55,977 nucleotides of DNA, from the IMG/VR virus record IMGVR_UViG_3300021091_000089, positions 1 to 55,977 of that record; one strand, 5' to 3'. Each line of letters opens with the position of its first letter. Position 1 is the first letter of the stretch. This stretch comes from a virus (taxonomy: Duplodnaviria; Caudoviricetes). Below are positions 37,682 to 46,151 of this stretch, piece by piece. The position numbers and the translations under genes are program-made. Below the pieces are notes generated by a model that searched no databases, had not been told where the DNA came from, and saw nothing but the letters and a program-made list of their open reading frames with translations.

Positions 37682-38140
37682 TTAAAAGTTACCTTCAGCA
37701 ACCTGCAAGCAGGTCATTCCATTCCTACGCCACATATCAACAACCTGCTGTCTGTCATCGAGCACAAACAACACGCGGTCTTTGTCTATGTGGGCGTCAA
37801 GAATCTCTTGCTTAACGATGTAGTCGGCTCGGTAGTCGCCGTCCTTGCGCATGAGCAGTTGCATGACAGGCGGATGCCACAAACGACATTCCTCTCGTAG
37901 CCACCATATCGTGTCCTCTCTGCATCGCTCAGGTCTACCTGAACAGAAGATGACATTGAATGTGGTTGGTTTGCTATTGAGAAATGTATCCAATATGAAC
38001 AGCACTGGATCGTTGACTTTATCTTCACGCACGCCTGCATAGAAGGCGTTCCAGTTCTTGGGCTTATCACGGACATGATGAACCCTGTGCTCGCAGTTAG
38101 CGAGCGTGCCATCTAGGTCACACACAATCGTGTCTCTCAT
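37682..38140 (-). CDS. HAD phosphatase (T4 PseT 3'-phosphatase-domain-like)
   Basis: DLDGT, SGR, LLMR..GD.R.D..VK and LDDR..VV.MWR motifs. Confidence 0.9.
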   Translation of the reverse strand: MRDTIVCDLDGTLANCEHRVHHVRDKPKNWNAFYAGVREDKVNDPVLFILDTFLNSKPTTFNVIFCSGRPERCREDTIWWLREECRLWHPPVMQLLMRKDGDYRADYIVKQEILDAHIDKDRVLFVLDDRQQVVDMWRRNGMTCLQVAEGNF

Positions 38141-38141
38141 C

Positions 38142-38222
38142 TCACACCCCCACGTTTAAAAGAATCAGCCCACCGCAGATGGTGAGCACGATGAAATAAA
38201 AGATAAAAAATAGCTGACCCAT
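38142..38222 (-). CDS. Tiny hydrophobic peptide (26 aa)
   Basis: MGQLFFIFYFIVLTICGGLILLNVGV*; AGGAGG RBS; fills the gap exactly. Confidence 0.5.
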   Translation of the reverse strand: MGQLFFIFYFIVLTICGGLILLNVGV

Positions 38223-38224
38223 GG

Positions 38225-38434
38225 TTACACCTCCTTCTTAGTTGGTTCTTTTTGTTTCACACTTGAAAGCACCCAGTCACAGTCTTCGCCGATCTTGTTG
38301 ACTAAGACATGGGCCTTGACACGCGCGGCGTGTTCGCTATCGGCCTCAAAGATGAAGCCCACCTTCAACGGTATTGCGTCGCCCCACACCCAGTTCTCGC
38401 AGTTATCGAACTCGATTTCGTAATACGCTTTCAT
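38225..38434 (-). CDS. Small protein, distant paralogue of the MK.YEI family
   Basis: MKAYYEIEF...FEADSEHAARVKA; start trimmed to ATG 38434. Confidence 0.6.
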   Translation of the reverse strand: MKAYYEIEFDNCENWVWGDAIPLKVGFIFEADSEHAARVKAHVLVNKIGEDCDWVLSSVKQKEPTKKEV

Positions 38435-38435
38435 C

Positions 38436-38597
38436 TCACACCCCCTTCTTTCTAAGAACGACACACTCGGACTTGAACCGCGCCCACTCTTGCTTGCCAT
38501 CACTGGCTTTTGGGACAGGTTGTCCCAAAGATTGTTTACCTTCAAAAGGTTTTGTTTTTACTGCGCGTAACAGCACACACTGCTCTGGTTTTAACAT
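38436..38597 (-). CDS. Small basic protein (53 aa, not in the ORF track)
   Basis: AAGGAG RBS; MLKPEQCVLLRAVK...SLGQPVPK...ECVVLRKKGV*; contains palindrome copy 1. Confidence 0.55.
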   Translation of the reverse strand: MLKPEQCVLLRAVKTKPFEGKQSLGQPVPKASDGKQEWARFKSECVVLRKKGV

Positions 38598-38678
38598 GGT
38601 GACTCTCCTTCATTAGTGCGTAGTGCGTGGGTGTGCCGCACCCACAACGGTTTGGGACATGGTGTCCCAAAATCTTTC

Positions 38679-39281
38679 TCACATCTTGTAGTCAGAGGCC
38701 AGCATCTGGCGCCAATCTTTGGGCGGTTTCTTGCCCTTCTGTTTCAGCACGCTGATGATGTATCTGGCCTTGCGTATGTCTTCCCGTAAATTCGTTATGG
38801 CTAACTCAGTCATACCATGCGCACGATCCACACGCTTGGACAGTTTCATCAGTTCGTTTTGTATTCGGGCGTAGTCATCGGCGAACAGCTTGCGCCTTGT
38901 CTTACGGATAACTTCTTTGTGAGTAGTGGTGGCACGCTGTTTTCGTTTGGCGATCTTGACCTCAACAACGAAGTCGTGCACACCCTCGGCACGCAGTCGG
39001 CGACGCATTTGCTCACGGGTTAGATCTTCAGGGCGCTTGGTTTTGGCGTCGTGACAGTCGTTGCACTCCTTGCCTTCGTACTGAAGTCGGCGTTGAGCGA
39101 GAGGGTTGTGTAGCCAAGCGCGAGTCTGAGCCAAAGACGCAAGGCGTTTGAAATGGCTCAAAGATTTTAATTGCAGACAGCTTGAACACCACGCCCCGTC
39201 TGGCTTTGAAGGCAAAGCAAGTGCGTAATCATGGGTGTAATCGGGGTCGGAAGTGTCCAGTAAAAATTTCCAAGTGGACAT
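38679..39281 (-). CDS. Basic zinc-finger protein (CxxC...CxxC)
   Basis: WCSSC...ECNDC with an Arg/Lys-rich C-terminal half; start trimmed to ATG 39281 behind GAGGAG. Confidence 0.7.
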   Translation of the reverse strand: MSTWKFLLDTSDPDYTHDYALALPSKPDGAWCSSCLQLKSLSHFKRLASLAQTRAWLHNPLAQRRLQYEGKECNDCHDAKTKRPEDLTREQMRRRLRAEGVHDFVVEVKIAKRKQRATTTHKEVIRKTRRKLFADDYARIQNELMKLSKRVDRAHGMTELAITNLREDIRKARYIISVLKQKGKKPPKDWRQMLASDYKM

Positions 39282-39555
39282 GAAGTGGACTCTCCTCAAA
39301 GGTTAGTGGAAGACGCTTGCGAGCGGGTGCGTCACAGGTATCATACCAAAAAAAAGAAAGGGCAAAGGAAAAGAACAAAGAAGGCCAAAAAAGAAAAAAG
39401 AGTGTCCACTTGTCTAGCCCCCTATAATAATAATAATATAAATATAAATATATTATTATAGATGTGCCTCAAAGTGGACAGCGCTAGCACTGGCGCGGGT
39501 TCGGGGGTGTCCATGTCGTGTCCACTACGCGCCAAAAGTGGGAAGTGCTGGACAC
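39253..39555. other. Replication-origin-like locus (short repeats around an AT-only core)
   Basis: Eight GTGTCCA/AAGTGGAC-type boxes, a 38-nt AT-only tract at 39423-39460 and an A-rich tract at 39348-39401. Confidence 0.6.
39340..39348 (-). promoter_or_regulatory. Extended -10 promoter candidate for the zinc-finger gene
   Basis: Minus strand TG-G-TATGAT; no good -35 element. Confidence 0.45.
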
Positions 39556-39623
39556 GACCTGTTTTTACCCTAGTTACTACAAAGAAGTTATGCGTAAGGT
39601 TTTGGGACAAGCTGTCCCAAAGA

Positions 39624-39776
39624 TTAAGCGTCCTTTCCAAGGCGTAGTTCAAGGCCTGACTTCCACTCGCGGGTTTGGGATTGCTCGCGCTTGAAGCGTA
39701 GCTCGCCTGCGTGGTGGCGTGGCTTGGGCGTGGTCTTGGGTGTGTGCTGGCGTTGGTCTTTGCGTGTCTTTGACAT
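39624..39776 (-). CDS. Small basic protein (50 aa, not in the ORF track)
   Basis: AGGAG RBS; MSKTRKDQRQHTPKTTPKPRHH...LRLGKDA*. Confidence 0.55.
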   Translation of the reverse strand: MSKTRKDQRQHTPKTTPKPRHHAGELRFKREQSQTREWKSGLELRLGKDA

Positions 39777-39856
39777 GGTGTTCTCCTAGTAGAAAAGAAA
39801 GTAAAGGCCAAGCCCAACTGCGCTGGGGATAATGAACAAAAGGCTGGCTTGCATTG

Positions 39857-40054
39857 TTAGTCTCCCATGCACTCAAAGTATTGGTCGATGACATCCTCAA
39901 GCTCAAAGTCTTTTGTCGCCTCTTGGATGTTGCACGCATCGCTGTCTTGAAACCACAGGCTTTCGCCTGTCTCTTGGTCTGTTATTTCATAAGCCCAGCC
40001 GTTGCCGTGCGATGTAATGAGGTAACGCCTGTTGGGTGTGTTGAATGACATCAT
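39857..40054 (-). CDS. Small acidic early protein
   Basis: 65 aa, AGGAG RBS, SHGNGWAY...SLWFQD.DA motif. Confidence 0.7.
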   Translation of the reverse strand: MMSFNTPNRRYLITSHGNGWAYEITDQETGESLWFQDSDACNIQEATKDFELEDVIDQYFECMGD

Positions 40055-40071
40055 GGTGATTCTCCTAGTAG

Positions 40072-40099
40072 AAAAAAAAAAAAGGGCGCCGAAGCGCCC
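40072..40099 (-). terminator. Rho-independent terminator
   Basis: Minus strand GGGCGC-TTCG-GCGCCC followed by T12. Confidence 0.9.
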
Positions 40100-40127
40100 G
40101 CGGGGTTTGGGACAAGCTGTCCCAAAA

Positions 40128-40532
40128 TTAAGCGCGACCGATATACTTCAGGAAGCGCTGAAGGTCAGCCTTGGACAGCTTGAGAGCGGCGTCACCGAGC
40201 TTCTGCCATTCGGCCTTGGGTTCGGCCTTGGTGCGTGAACCCCCGCGAGCGTCTTTCTTGATATCGTGGAACTTGGCAATGCACCGATTCCACTGCCTCT
40301 GTGCGCCCTCGTGCTTATTGGCAGATATGGCCTCCTCACTGGTGTAGAACTTCCAGCCAGACTCCTGCAGGACAAAGAAAGCCCCGTACTTGTCGGCGTG
40401 AACCTCTGCAAGTTCTGCAATGAGTGAACCCGCGAGAAAGCCCCCGCGTAGACTCTTAGCCACCTCTTTGTCAAGCTCCAAAGAGGTTTGTACCAAGGTT
40501 GCGTACAACGAAACAATAGTAGCGTTCGACAT
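40128..40532 (-). CDS. First early gene, hypothetical protein
   Basis: 134 aa, AAGGAG RBS, bracketed by two palindrome copies. Confidence 0.75.
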   Translation of the reverse strand: MSNATIVSLYATLVQTSLELDKEVAKSLRGGFLAGSLIAELAEVHADKYGAFFVLQESGWKFYTSEEAISANKHEGAQRQWNRCIAKFHDIKKDARGGSRTKAEPKAEWQKLGDAALKLSKADLQRFLKYIGRA

Positions 40533-40622
40533 AAGTAGTTCTCCTTAAGATCTTTGGGACAGGTTGTCCCAAACCAGCGAACTGGCTGGACAGGCCGACT
40601 GGACTACCCAATCGACACTTAC

Positions 40623-40631
40623 ATTATAACA
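40623..40631 (-). promoter_or_regulatory. Extended -10 early promoter
   Basis: Minus strand TG-T-TATAAT about 90 nt upstream of the first early gene. Confidence 0.6.
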
Positions 40632-40856
40632 TAATAGGTAGTTTGGCTTGCCTGCTGTCGAGCCATTTTGCGGTTTTGCTGACCCCACCGTGGGGTGGCC
40701 CCCCAAAATTTTGCGGCGTAGTGGGCGGAGGGAGAAACACTATTCCACTCCCACACTTCACAGTTGTAAAATCTTTATCAAATCCCCCCAACACACCACC
40801 CCTACAAAATATTTTTAAAAATTTAAACAAGCATTGTCAAACTTTATACATCAACA

Positions 40857-40895
40857 AATAAAAAAATGCCCCCGGAGCTTGCGCTCAACGGGGGC
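40857..40895 (-). terminator. Rho-independent terminator insulating the early/late switch region
   Basis: GCCCCCG...CGGGGGC stem with an inner GAGC/GCTC stem, followed by a T-rich tract on the minus strand. Confidence 0.65.
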
Positions 40896-40945
40896 CAAGA
40901 GGGGAGGGAGGATTCCCCTGAAGGAGAACTACACATGGAAGCCCC

Positions 40946-40974
40946 TTGCAAGGCTTCACAAGCGAGTATACACT
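40946..40974 (+). promoter_or_regulatory. Sigma70-type promoter for the terminase operon
   Basis: TTGCAA-N17-TACACT. Confidence 0.6.
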
Positions 40975-41019
40975 TCTGCCCACTGAGCACAAGCTCTGCT
41001 TACGGGAGGAACGACCCGC

Positions 41020-41616
41020 GTGTTAGATCATTTGGTAAATGCTGAGTACGAGCCAGAGGTGTTAAAAGCACCCATGGAAGGGTTTACGCCTTTAAAAAAG
41101 GTGGACGCCAACACTTTGCTTGACGCACAGATCAACACGACAGACTGGCTCACAGAACTGGGAGCCAAAGACGATGAAACGCTGGTGGCTCAGGCCCAAG
41201 AAACCCAAGCAAGAGACGCGTTCCACGCCCTGACTGCGGATCCCACCCGCGCCAAAGATGCACTGACACAGATTACGCTACCCCCGGCGATTCAAAAGCT
41301 GGTTGGAATGTTGACCATCTACGACTGGTCATTTGTTGACCACGCCCGTGAGCTGCGGGGAATGGCGGTGGCGAAAATTGTGGAAGAAACAGACCACCCA
41401 GATGCTCGTATCCGGTTAAAAGCACTGGAGTTGCTGGGTAAGGTCACAGAAGTGGGGTTGTTTACGGAGCGGTTTGAGGTGAAAAAGAGCGAGATGTCGG
41501 ATGCAGAGCTGGACGCCAAGATCAAAGAAAAGCTTGCAGCCTTAAACCGCACGATAGAAGTGGACGCCACAGAAGTCGAAGACATTTCTGTCCAAGAAGA
41601 TGAACAGAACCAGTGA
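41020..41616 (+). CDS. terS: Terminase small subunit (putative)
   Basis: Lies directly before TerL; RLKALELLGK...GLFTER motif. Confidence 0.7.
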   Translation: MLDHLVNAEYEPEVLKAPMEGFTPLKKVDANTLLDAQINTTDWLTELGAKDDETLVAQAQETQARDAFHALTADPTRAKDALTQITLPPAIQKLVGMLTIYDWSFVDHARELRGMAVAKIVEETDHPDARIRLKALELLGKVTEVGLFTERFEVKKSEMSDAELDAKIKEKLAALNRTIEVDATEVEDISVQEDEQNQ

Positions 41617-43117
41617 TCAAGAGCTGCAGGCGCTGCTGGCAAGCATGACGCCGAAGCAAAAAATGGAGTTCTTAGAAGAGCTTGAGGAGCAGGAGCACAG
41701 GCTGCGGTTAAAAAACGCCCGGACAAACATGATCGAGTTTGCCAAAGAGATCTATCCGGGGTTTAAAGAAGGGGCGCACCACAGGCAGTTGGCGAAAATC
41801 TTCGCCGATGTGGCAGCAGGCACTAAAAAACGGGTAATTATCAATATTGCGCCACGTATGGGGAAGTCAGAGTTTGCCTCTTATTTGTTTCCGTCGTGGT
41901 TTTTAGGGCAGTACCCAGATCAGAAGATTATTATGGCAACGCACACCGCTGGGTTGTCAGAAGATTTCGGTAGAAGAGTGCGTAATTTGATTGAGTCCGA
42001 TGAATACAGAACCATATTTTCCGGCACAGTCGTGGCAGATGATCAAAAAGCAGCAGGCAAGTGGTCTACGTCGGCTGGTGGTCAGTATTACGCAGTGGGC
42101 GTGGGGGGAGCGTTGGCTGGTCGTGGTGCTGATTTATTTGTCATTGACGATCCACATTCTGAACAAGATATAAAGGCCAACAGTAGGGCGACATTTGATA
42201 ATGCATGGTCGTGGTTCCAAACAGGGCCGTTGCAGCGCTTAATGCCTGGGGGGCGCATCATCGTTGTGATGACCAGATGGTCATTGGTGGACTTAACTGG
42301 GCGGCTGCTTGCGTTTCAGGCGAGAAACCCAGAGGCAGAACCCTGGGAAATTGTGGAGCTGCCAGCCATAATGTTTGAAAACACCGAGCGCGAGAAGTCG
42401 CTCTGGCCTGAGCAGTGGCCCTTGGACCAGCTAAAAGCCAAAAAAATGGCGATGGACCCACGGTATTGGAACGCCCAGTACATGCAGCAGCCGACCTTAG
42501 ACTCGGCTGCGTTTATCAAAAGACAACACTGGAGAATCTGGGAACCAGAAGATCCACCTTCGTGCGAGTTCATTATTCAGTCTTGGGATACGGCGCACGA
42601 GGCCAAGACAACCGCTGACTACACAGCCTGCACAACCTGGGGAGTGTGGTATAACGAAGAAGAGAGCAGCAGGCCCAGCCTTATACTGTTGGACGCGTTT
42701 AAAGACCGGATGGAGTTTCCAGAGTTAAAAGAGGTGGCGTTTAAGCAATGGAAAGAATGGAACCCAGATGCGTTCTTAGTAGAAAAAAAAGCCGCAGGCG
42801 CACCATTGATTCAAGAATTGCGTAGGATGGGCATACCGGTAGATGAGTTTACGCCAAGCCGGGGCAACGATAAGATAGCCAGGGTTAACGCAGTTTCAGA
42901 CCTTTTTGCAAGCGGGTCGGTGTGGGCGCCGGATACGCGGTGGGCACGGGATGTGATTGAAGAAATTGTGGCGTTTCCTGTTGGTGAGCATGATGACTAC
43001 GTAGACACCATGACCCAGGCCCTGTTACGCTTTAGAAATGGTGGGTTTATTACACTGCCCAGTGACGAGGCTGATGAGCCAAGATTCTTTAAAAGCCGCA
43101 GGGCGGCGTACTACTAG
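41600..43117 (+). CDS. terL: Terminase large subunit
   Basis: APRMGKS, VIDDP, MTRW, SWDTA, VEKKAAG and HDDYVD motifs. Confidence 0.96.
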   Translation: MNRTSDQELQALLASMTPKQKMEFLEELEEQEHRLRLKNARTNMIEFAKEIYPGFKEGAHHRQLAKIFADVAAGTKKRVIINIAPRMGKSEFASYLFPSWFLGQYPDQKIIMATHTAGLSEDFGRRVRNLIESDEYRTIFSGTVVADDQKAAGKWSTSAGGQYYAVGVGGALAGRGADLFVIDDPHSEQDIKANSRATFDNAWSWFQTGPLQRLMPGGRIIVVMTRWSLVDLTGRLLAFQARNPEAEPWEIVELPAIMFENTEREKSLWPEQWPLDQLKAKKMAMDPRYWNAQYMQQPTLDSAAFIKRQHWRIWEPEDPPSCEFIIQSWDTAHEAKTTADYTACTTWGVWYNEEESSRPSLILLDAFKDRMEFPELKEVAFKQWKEWNPDAFLVEKKAAGAPLIQELRRMGIPVDEFTPSRGNDKIARVNAVSDLFASGSVWAPDTRWARDVIEEIVAFPVGEHDDYVDTMTQALLRFRNGGFITLPSDEADEPRFFKSRRAAYY

Positions 43118-43125
43118 GAACCAAT

Positions 43126-45594
43126 ATGTCTATTGAAAAATCACTGTATCAAGCCCCGCGTGGCATCGTAGAAGATGTCGAAGATACTTTAGGCGAGCCA
43201 GAGATTGAAATTGAAATTGAAGATCCAGAGTCGGTAAAGATTGAAGCTGGTGGTTTAGAGATTTTAATTAAACCAGAAGGCGAGTCCGATTTTTACGCTA
43301 ACTTGGCAGAAGATATTGAGCCAGCAGAACTAGATTCTTTGGGTGGTGATCTACTCCAAGATATTCGCAACGACTTAGATTCCCGAAAAGACTGGGAGAA
43401 AACCTACAAAGAAGGGCTAATTCTGTTGGGCCTGAAGTACGAAGAGCGTACAGAACCCTGGGACGGCGCCTGTGGTGTGTTCCACCCCATGATTACAGAA
43501 GCCGTGGTGCGGTTCCAAAGTGAAACCATAATGGAGACGTTCCCTGCCCAGGGGCCGGTAAAGACAAAGATCCTCGGCAAAGATACACGGGAGAAGGAAG
43601 AAGCTGCGGCTCGGGTCAAAGAAGACATGAACTACGAACTGACAGAACGCATGCCAGAGTTTCGTATGGAGCACGAGCGGATGCTGTGGAACCTGCCTGC
43701 TACGGGGTCGGCGTTTAAAAAGGTGTACTTTGATCCGTCTCTGGAGCGCCAGACTTCTGTGTTTGTTCCAGCCGAAGACATCATTGTGGCCTACGGTACG
43801 GTCAGTATGGAGACTGCGGAGCGGGTAACGCACCGTATGTACAAGACCAAAAACGAGATACGCAAACTACAGGTAGCGGGGTTTTATTTAGATGTAGATT
43901 TGGGTGAGCCGTCACGAACTAAAAACGAACTACAGGAGAAAAAAGATAAAGAAAGTGGTATGTCGTCAAACAACGACGACCGTTACATACTGTATGAAGC
44001 ACACGTCAACTTAGACTTGCCGGGGTACGAAGACAAGGAAGACGGCAAGCCCACAGGCATAGCCATCCCTTATGTGGTCACGGTTGTAGAAGGCACAGGC
44101 GAGGTACTAGCCGTACGCCGTAACTACTACGAAGACGACGACACAAAACAACGTCGGGATCACTTTGTGCACTACGTGTACATCCCTGGGTTTGGGTTCT
44201 ATGGCTTTGGGCTTTTCCACCTGATTGGCGGGTTTGCCAAGTCAGCTACGTCGATAATGAGGCAGTTGGTGGATGCTGGTACGCTTTCCAATCTGCCAGG
44301 AGGGTTAAAAGCCAGAGGGCTACGGATCAAAGGCGATGACACCCCCATCGCACCAGGGGAGTTTAGAGATGTGGATATTGGCTCTGGTGCACTGCGGGAT
44401 AACATTTTGCCCCTCCCCTACAAAGAACCCAGCGCTACGCTATATCAGTTACTGGGAACAATTGTAGAAGAAGGCCGTCGGTTTGCTGCTACGGCAGATA
44501 TGAAGATTTCCGACATGAGCGCTCAGGCGCCAGTTGGCACGACTCTTGCGCTTCTGGAGCGCATGCTTAAGGTGATGTCGGCAGTACAGGCTCGGGTTCA
44601 TTACGCGTTCAAACACGAGCTGCAGCTTTTGTCTAACATTATCCGTGACTACACGGACGATGATTATGATTACGAACCACAGACTGGGGTTCGCAAAGCC
44701 AAACGTTCTGATTACGACATGGTGGAGATCATCCCTGTGTCTGATCCGAACGCAGCCACAATGTCTCAAAGGGTTGTGCAGTATCAGGCAGTGATCCAGC
44801 TGTCACAGACAGCACCGCAGATTTACGACATGCCTGCCCTGCATCGCCAGATGTTAGAAGTGTTGGGAATACGCAACGCTGCCAAGCTTGTGCCTATGGA
44901 AGATGATGAGAAACCGAAGGATCCGATCACAGAAAACATGAACGCGCTGAAGATGAAGCCGTTGAAAGCGTTTATGTATCAGGATCATCAGGCGCATATC
45001 ACGACACACATGAATATGATTAACGACCCAGCGGTCGCGCAGTTAGTCGGACAAAATCCCCAGGCGTCAGTAATGATGGCTGCACTACAGGCGCATATTG
45101 CTGAACACCTTGGGTTTTTGTACCGCCGTCAAGTTCAAGATGCGATTGGTACACCGTTGCCAGCGCCGGACGACACAATTCCGAAAGAGATGGAAGTTCA
45201 GATCTCCAAGATGGTCGCAGAAGGTTCACAGATCGTGTTGGCACAAAGCCAACAGGCTGCTGCACAGCAACAAGCACTACAAAACGCACAAGACCCGATC
45301 ATGCAGGCCGAGATGCAGAAACTGCAGATTCAACAGGCAGAAGTTCAGCGTAAGGCTCAAAAAGATCAGATGGATGCGCAGATTCGGATGCTGCAACTGC
45401 AGCTTGAAGAACTCAAAGCTCAGCAGCAAGCGGAGATTGAGGGTACACGCCTTGGTATTCAGATTGCCAAAGATCAGTCGGATTTGGAATTTAAGCAAGA
45501 CGTGGAGGCAGTAAAACAAGAGATTGAAGGTACCCGCATAGGTATGGAGCTTGCACAATCCCTTACTGAACCGGAAAGGAAACCTAAACAGTGA
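43126..45594 (+). CDS. Portal protein (P22-like, long C-terminal coiled-coil barrel)
   Basis: 822 aa directly after TerL; GSAFKKVYFD and GFYGFGL motifs; Gln-rich helical tail. Confidence 0.88.
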   Translation: MSIEKSLYQAPRGIVEDVEDTLGEPEIEIEIEDPESVKIEAGGLEILIKPEGESDFYANLAEDIEPAELDSLGGDLLQDIRNDLDSRKDWEKTYKEGLILLGLKYEERTEPWDGACGVFHPMITEAVVRFQSETIMETFPAQGPVKTKILGKDTREKEEAAARVKEDMNYELTERMPEFRMEHERMLWNLPATGSAFKKVYFDPSLERQTSVFVPAEDIIVAYGTVSMETAERVTHRMYKTKNEIRKLQVAGFYLDVDLGEPSRTKNELQEKKDKESGMSSNNDDRYILYEAHVNLDLPGYEDKEDGKPTGIAIPYVVTVVEGTGEVLAVRRNYYEDDDTKQRRDHFVHYVYIPGFGFYGFGLFHLIGGFAKSATSIMRQLVDAGTLSNLPGGLKARGLRIKGDDTPIAPGEFRDVDIGSGALRDNILPLPYKEPSATLYQLLGTIVEEGRRFAATADMKISDMSAQAPVGTTLALLERMLKVMSAVQARVHYAFKHELQLLSNIIRDYTDDDYDYEPQTGVRKAKRSDYDMVEIIPVSDPNAATMSQRVVQYQAVIQLSQTAPQIYDMPALHRQMLEVLGIRNAAKLVPMEDDEKPKDPITENMNALKMKPLKAFMYQDHQAHITTHMNMINDPAVAQLVGQNPQASVMMAALQAHIAEHLGFLYRRQVQDAIGTPLPAPDDTIPKEMEVQISKMVAEGSQIVLAQSQQAAAQQQALQNAQDPIMQAEMQKLQIQQAEVQRKAQKDQMDAQIRMLQLQLEELKAQQQAEIEGTRLGIQIAKDQSDLEFKQDVEAVKQEIEGTRIGMELAQSLTEPERKPKQ

Positions 45595-45785
45595 TACAAA
45601 GTTTTGTAGAAGTTTTACGCAAAAAGATTCGTGAGGATCTAAACAACTACGCCGACGATATGGCAGGCGGCGCTTGTCAAAATTTTGAGCAGTACCAAAA
45701 ACTCTGCGGAGTCATCCAAGGTCTGGCTATGGCAGAGGCTTATTTACTTGATCTTGCAAAGAAAGTAGAGGAATCAAATGAGTGA
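45591..45785 (+). CDS. Small conserved head-module protein
   Basis: EQYQKLCGVIQGL motif, between the portal and GroES genes. Confidence 0.7.
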   Translation: MIQSFVEVLRKKIREDLNNYADDMAGGACQNFEQYQKLCGVIQGLAMAEAYLLDLAKKVEESNE

Positions 45786-46140
45786 AGAATCAACCCCACG
45801 CCCAGCTACACAACTGCCAAAGCCTAAAGGGTGGAAGTTATTGTGTGCTTTGCCAGAAGTTGAAGACAAGTTTTCAGGCACTGACCTGCTTAAGCCAGAT
45901 TCGTTGGCAAAAGTAGAGGAATACAGCACAACCGTGCTTTGTGTCTTAGAGCTTGGCAGTGATGCCTACAAAGATGAAGGTAAGTTTCCTAACGGCCCGT
46001 GGTGTAAAAAGGGTGATTTTGTCTTAGTTAGGGCTTACTCAGGAACTCGTTTTAAAATTCACGGTCAAGAGTTCCGCCTGATTAACGACGATCAGGTTGA
46101 GGCTGTTGTGGAAGACCCACGCGGTTATACCCGCGCTTAA
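45778..46140 (+). CDS. groES: GroES-like co-chaperonin
   Basis: PKGWKLL, VLELG, KKGDFVL...YSGT and RLINDDQVEAVV motifs. Confidence 0.88.
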   Translation: MSEESTPRPATQLPKPKGWKLLCALPEVEDKFSGTDLLKPDSLAKVEEYSTTVLCVLELGSDAYKDEGKFPNGPWCKKGDFVLVRAYSGTRFKIHGQEFRLINDDQVEAVVEDPRGYTRA

Positions 46141-46151
46141 AGGAGCAAAAA

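Larger units (their letters stand above)
38509..40573. repeat. Five copies of the 21-bp palindrome TTTGGGACA-NNN-TGTCCCAAA
   Basis: Copies at 38509-38529 (GGT), 38651-38671 (TGG), 39601-39621 (AGC), 40106-40126 (AGC) and 40553-40573 (GGT). Confidence 0.97.

Noticed and set aside
39422-39939. Track ORFs of 131 aa and 96 aa crossing or adjoining the origin-like region
   Set aside because: Neither has a good RBS. The frame with an RBS is the 50-aa ORF at 39624-39776, and the hydrophobic tail of the 131-aa ORF is just the AT tract.
38509-40573. CRISPR array interpretation of the 21-bp repeats
   Set aside because: Gaps between copies are irregular (about 120-930 nt) and contain ordinary genes. 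The only Cas-like gene is a stand-alone Cas4-type nuclease in the replication module.
40812-40840. Minus-strand promoter from the perfect TTGACA at 40840-40835
   Set aside because: The -10 at 17-bp spacing is only TAAAAA, so it was not listed as a feature. The site is kept only as part of the operator family.
40935-41045. 36-aa ORF behind a perfect AAGGAG upstream of terS
   Set aside because: It overlaps the predicted terS promoter and start, has no recognisable features and no evident upstream promoter. It cannot be supported, though it is not excluded.
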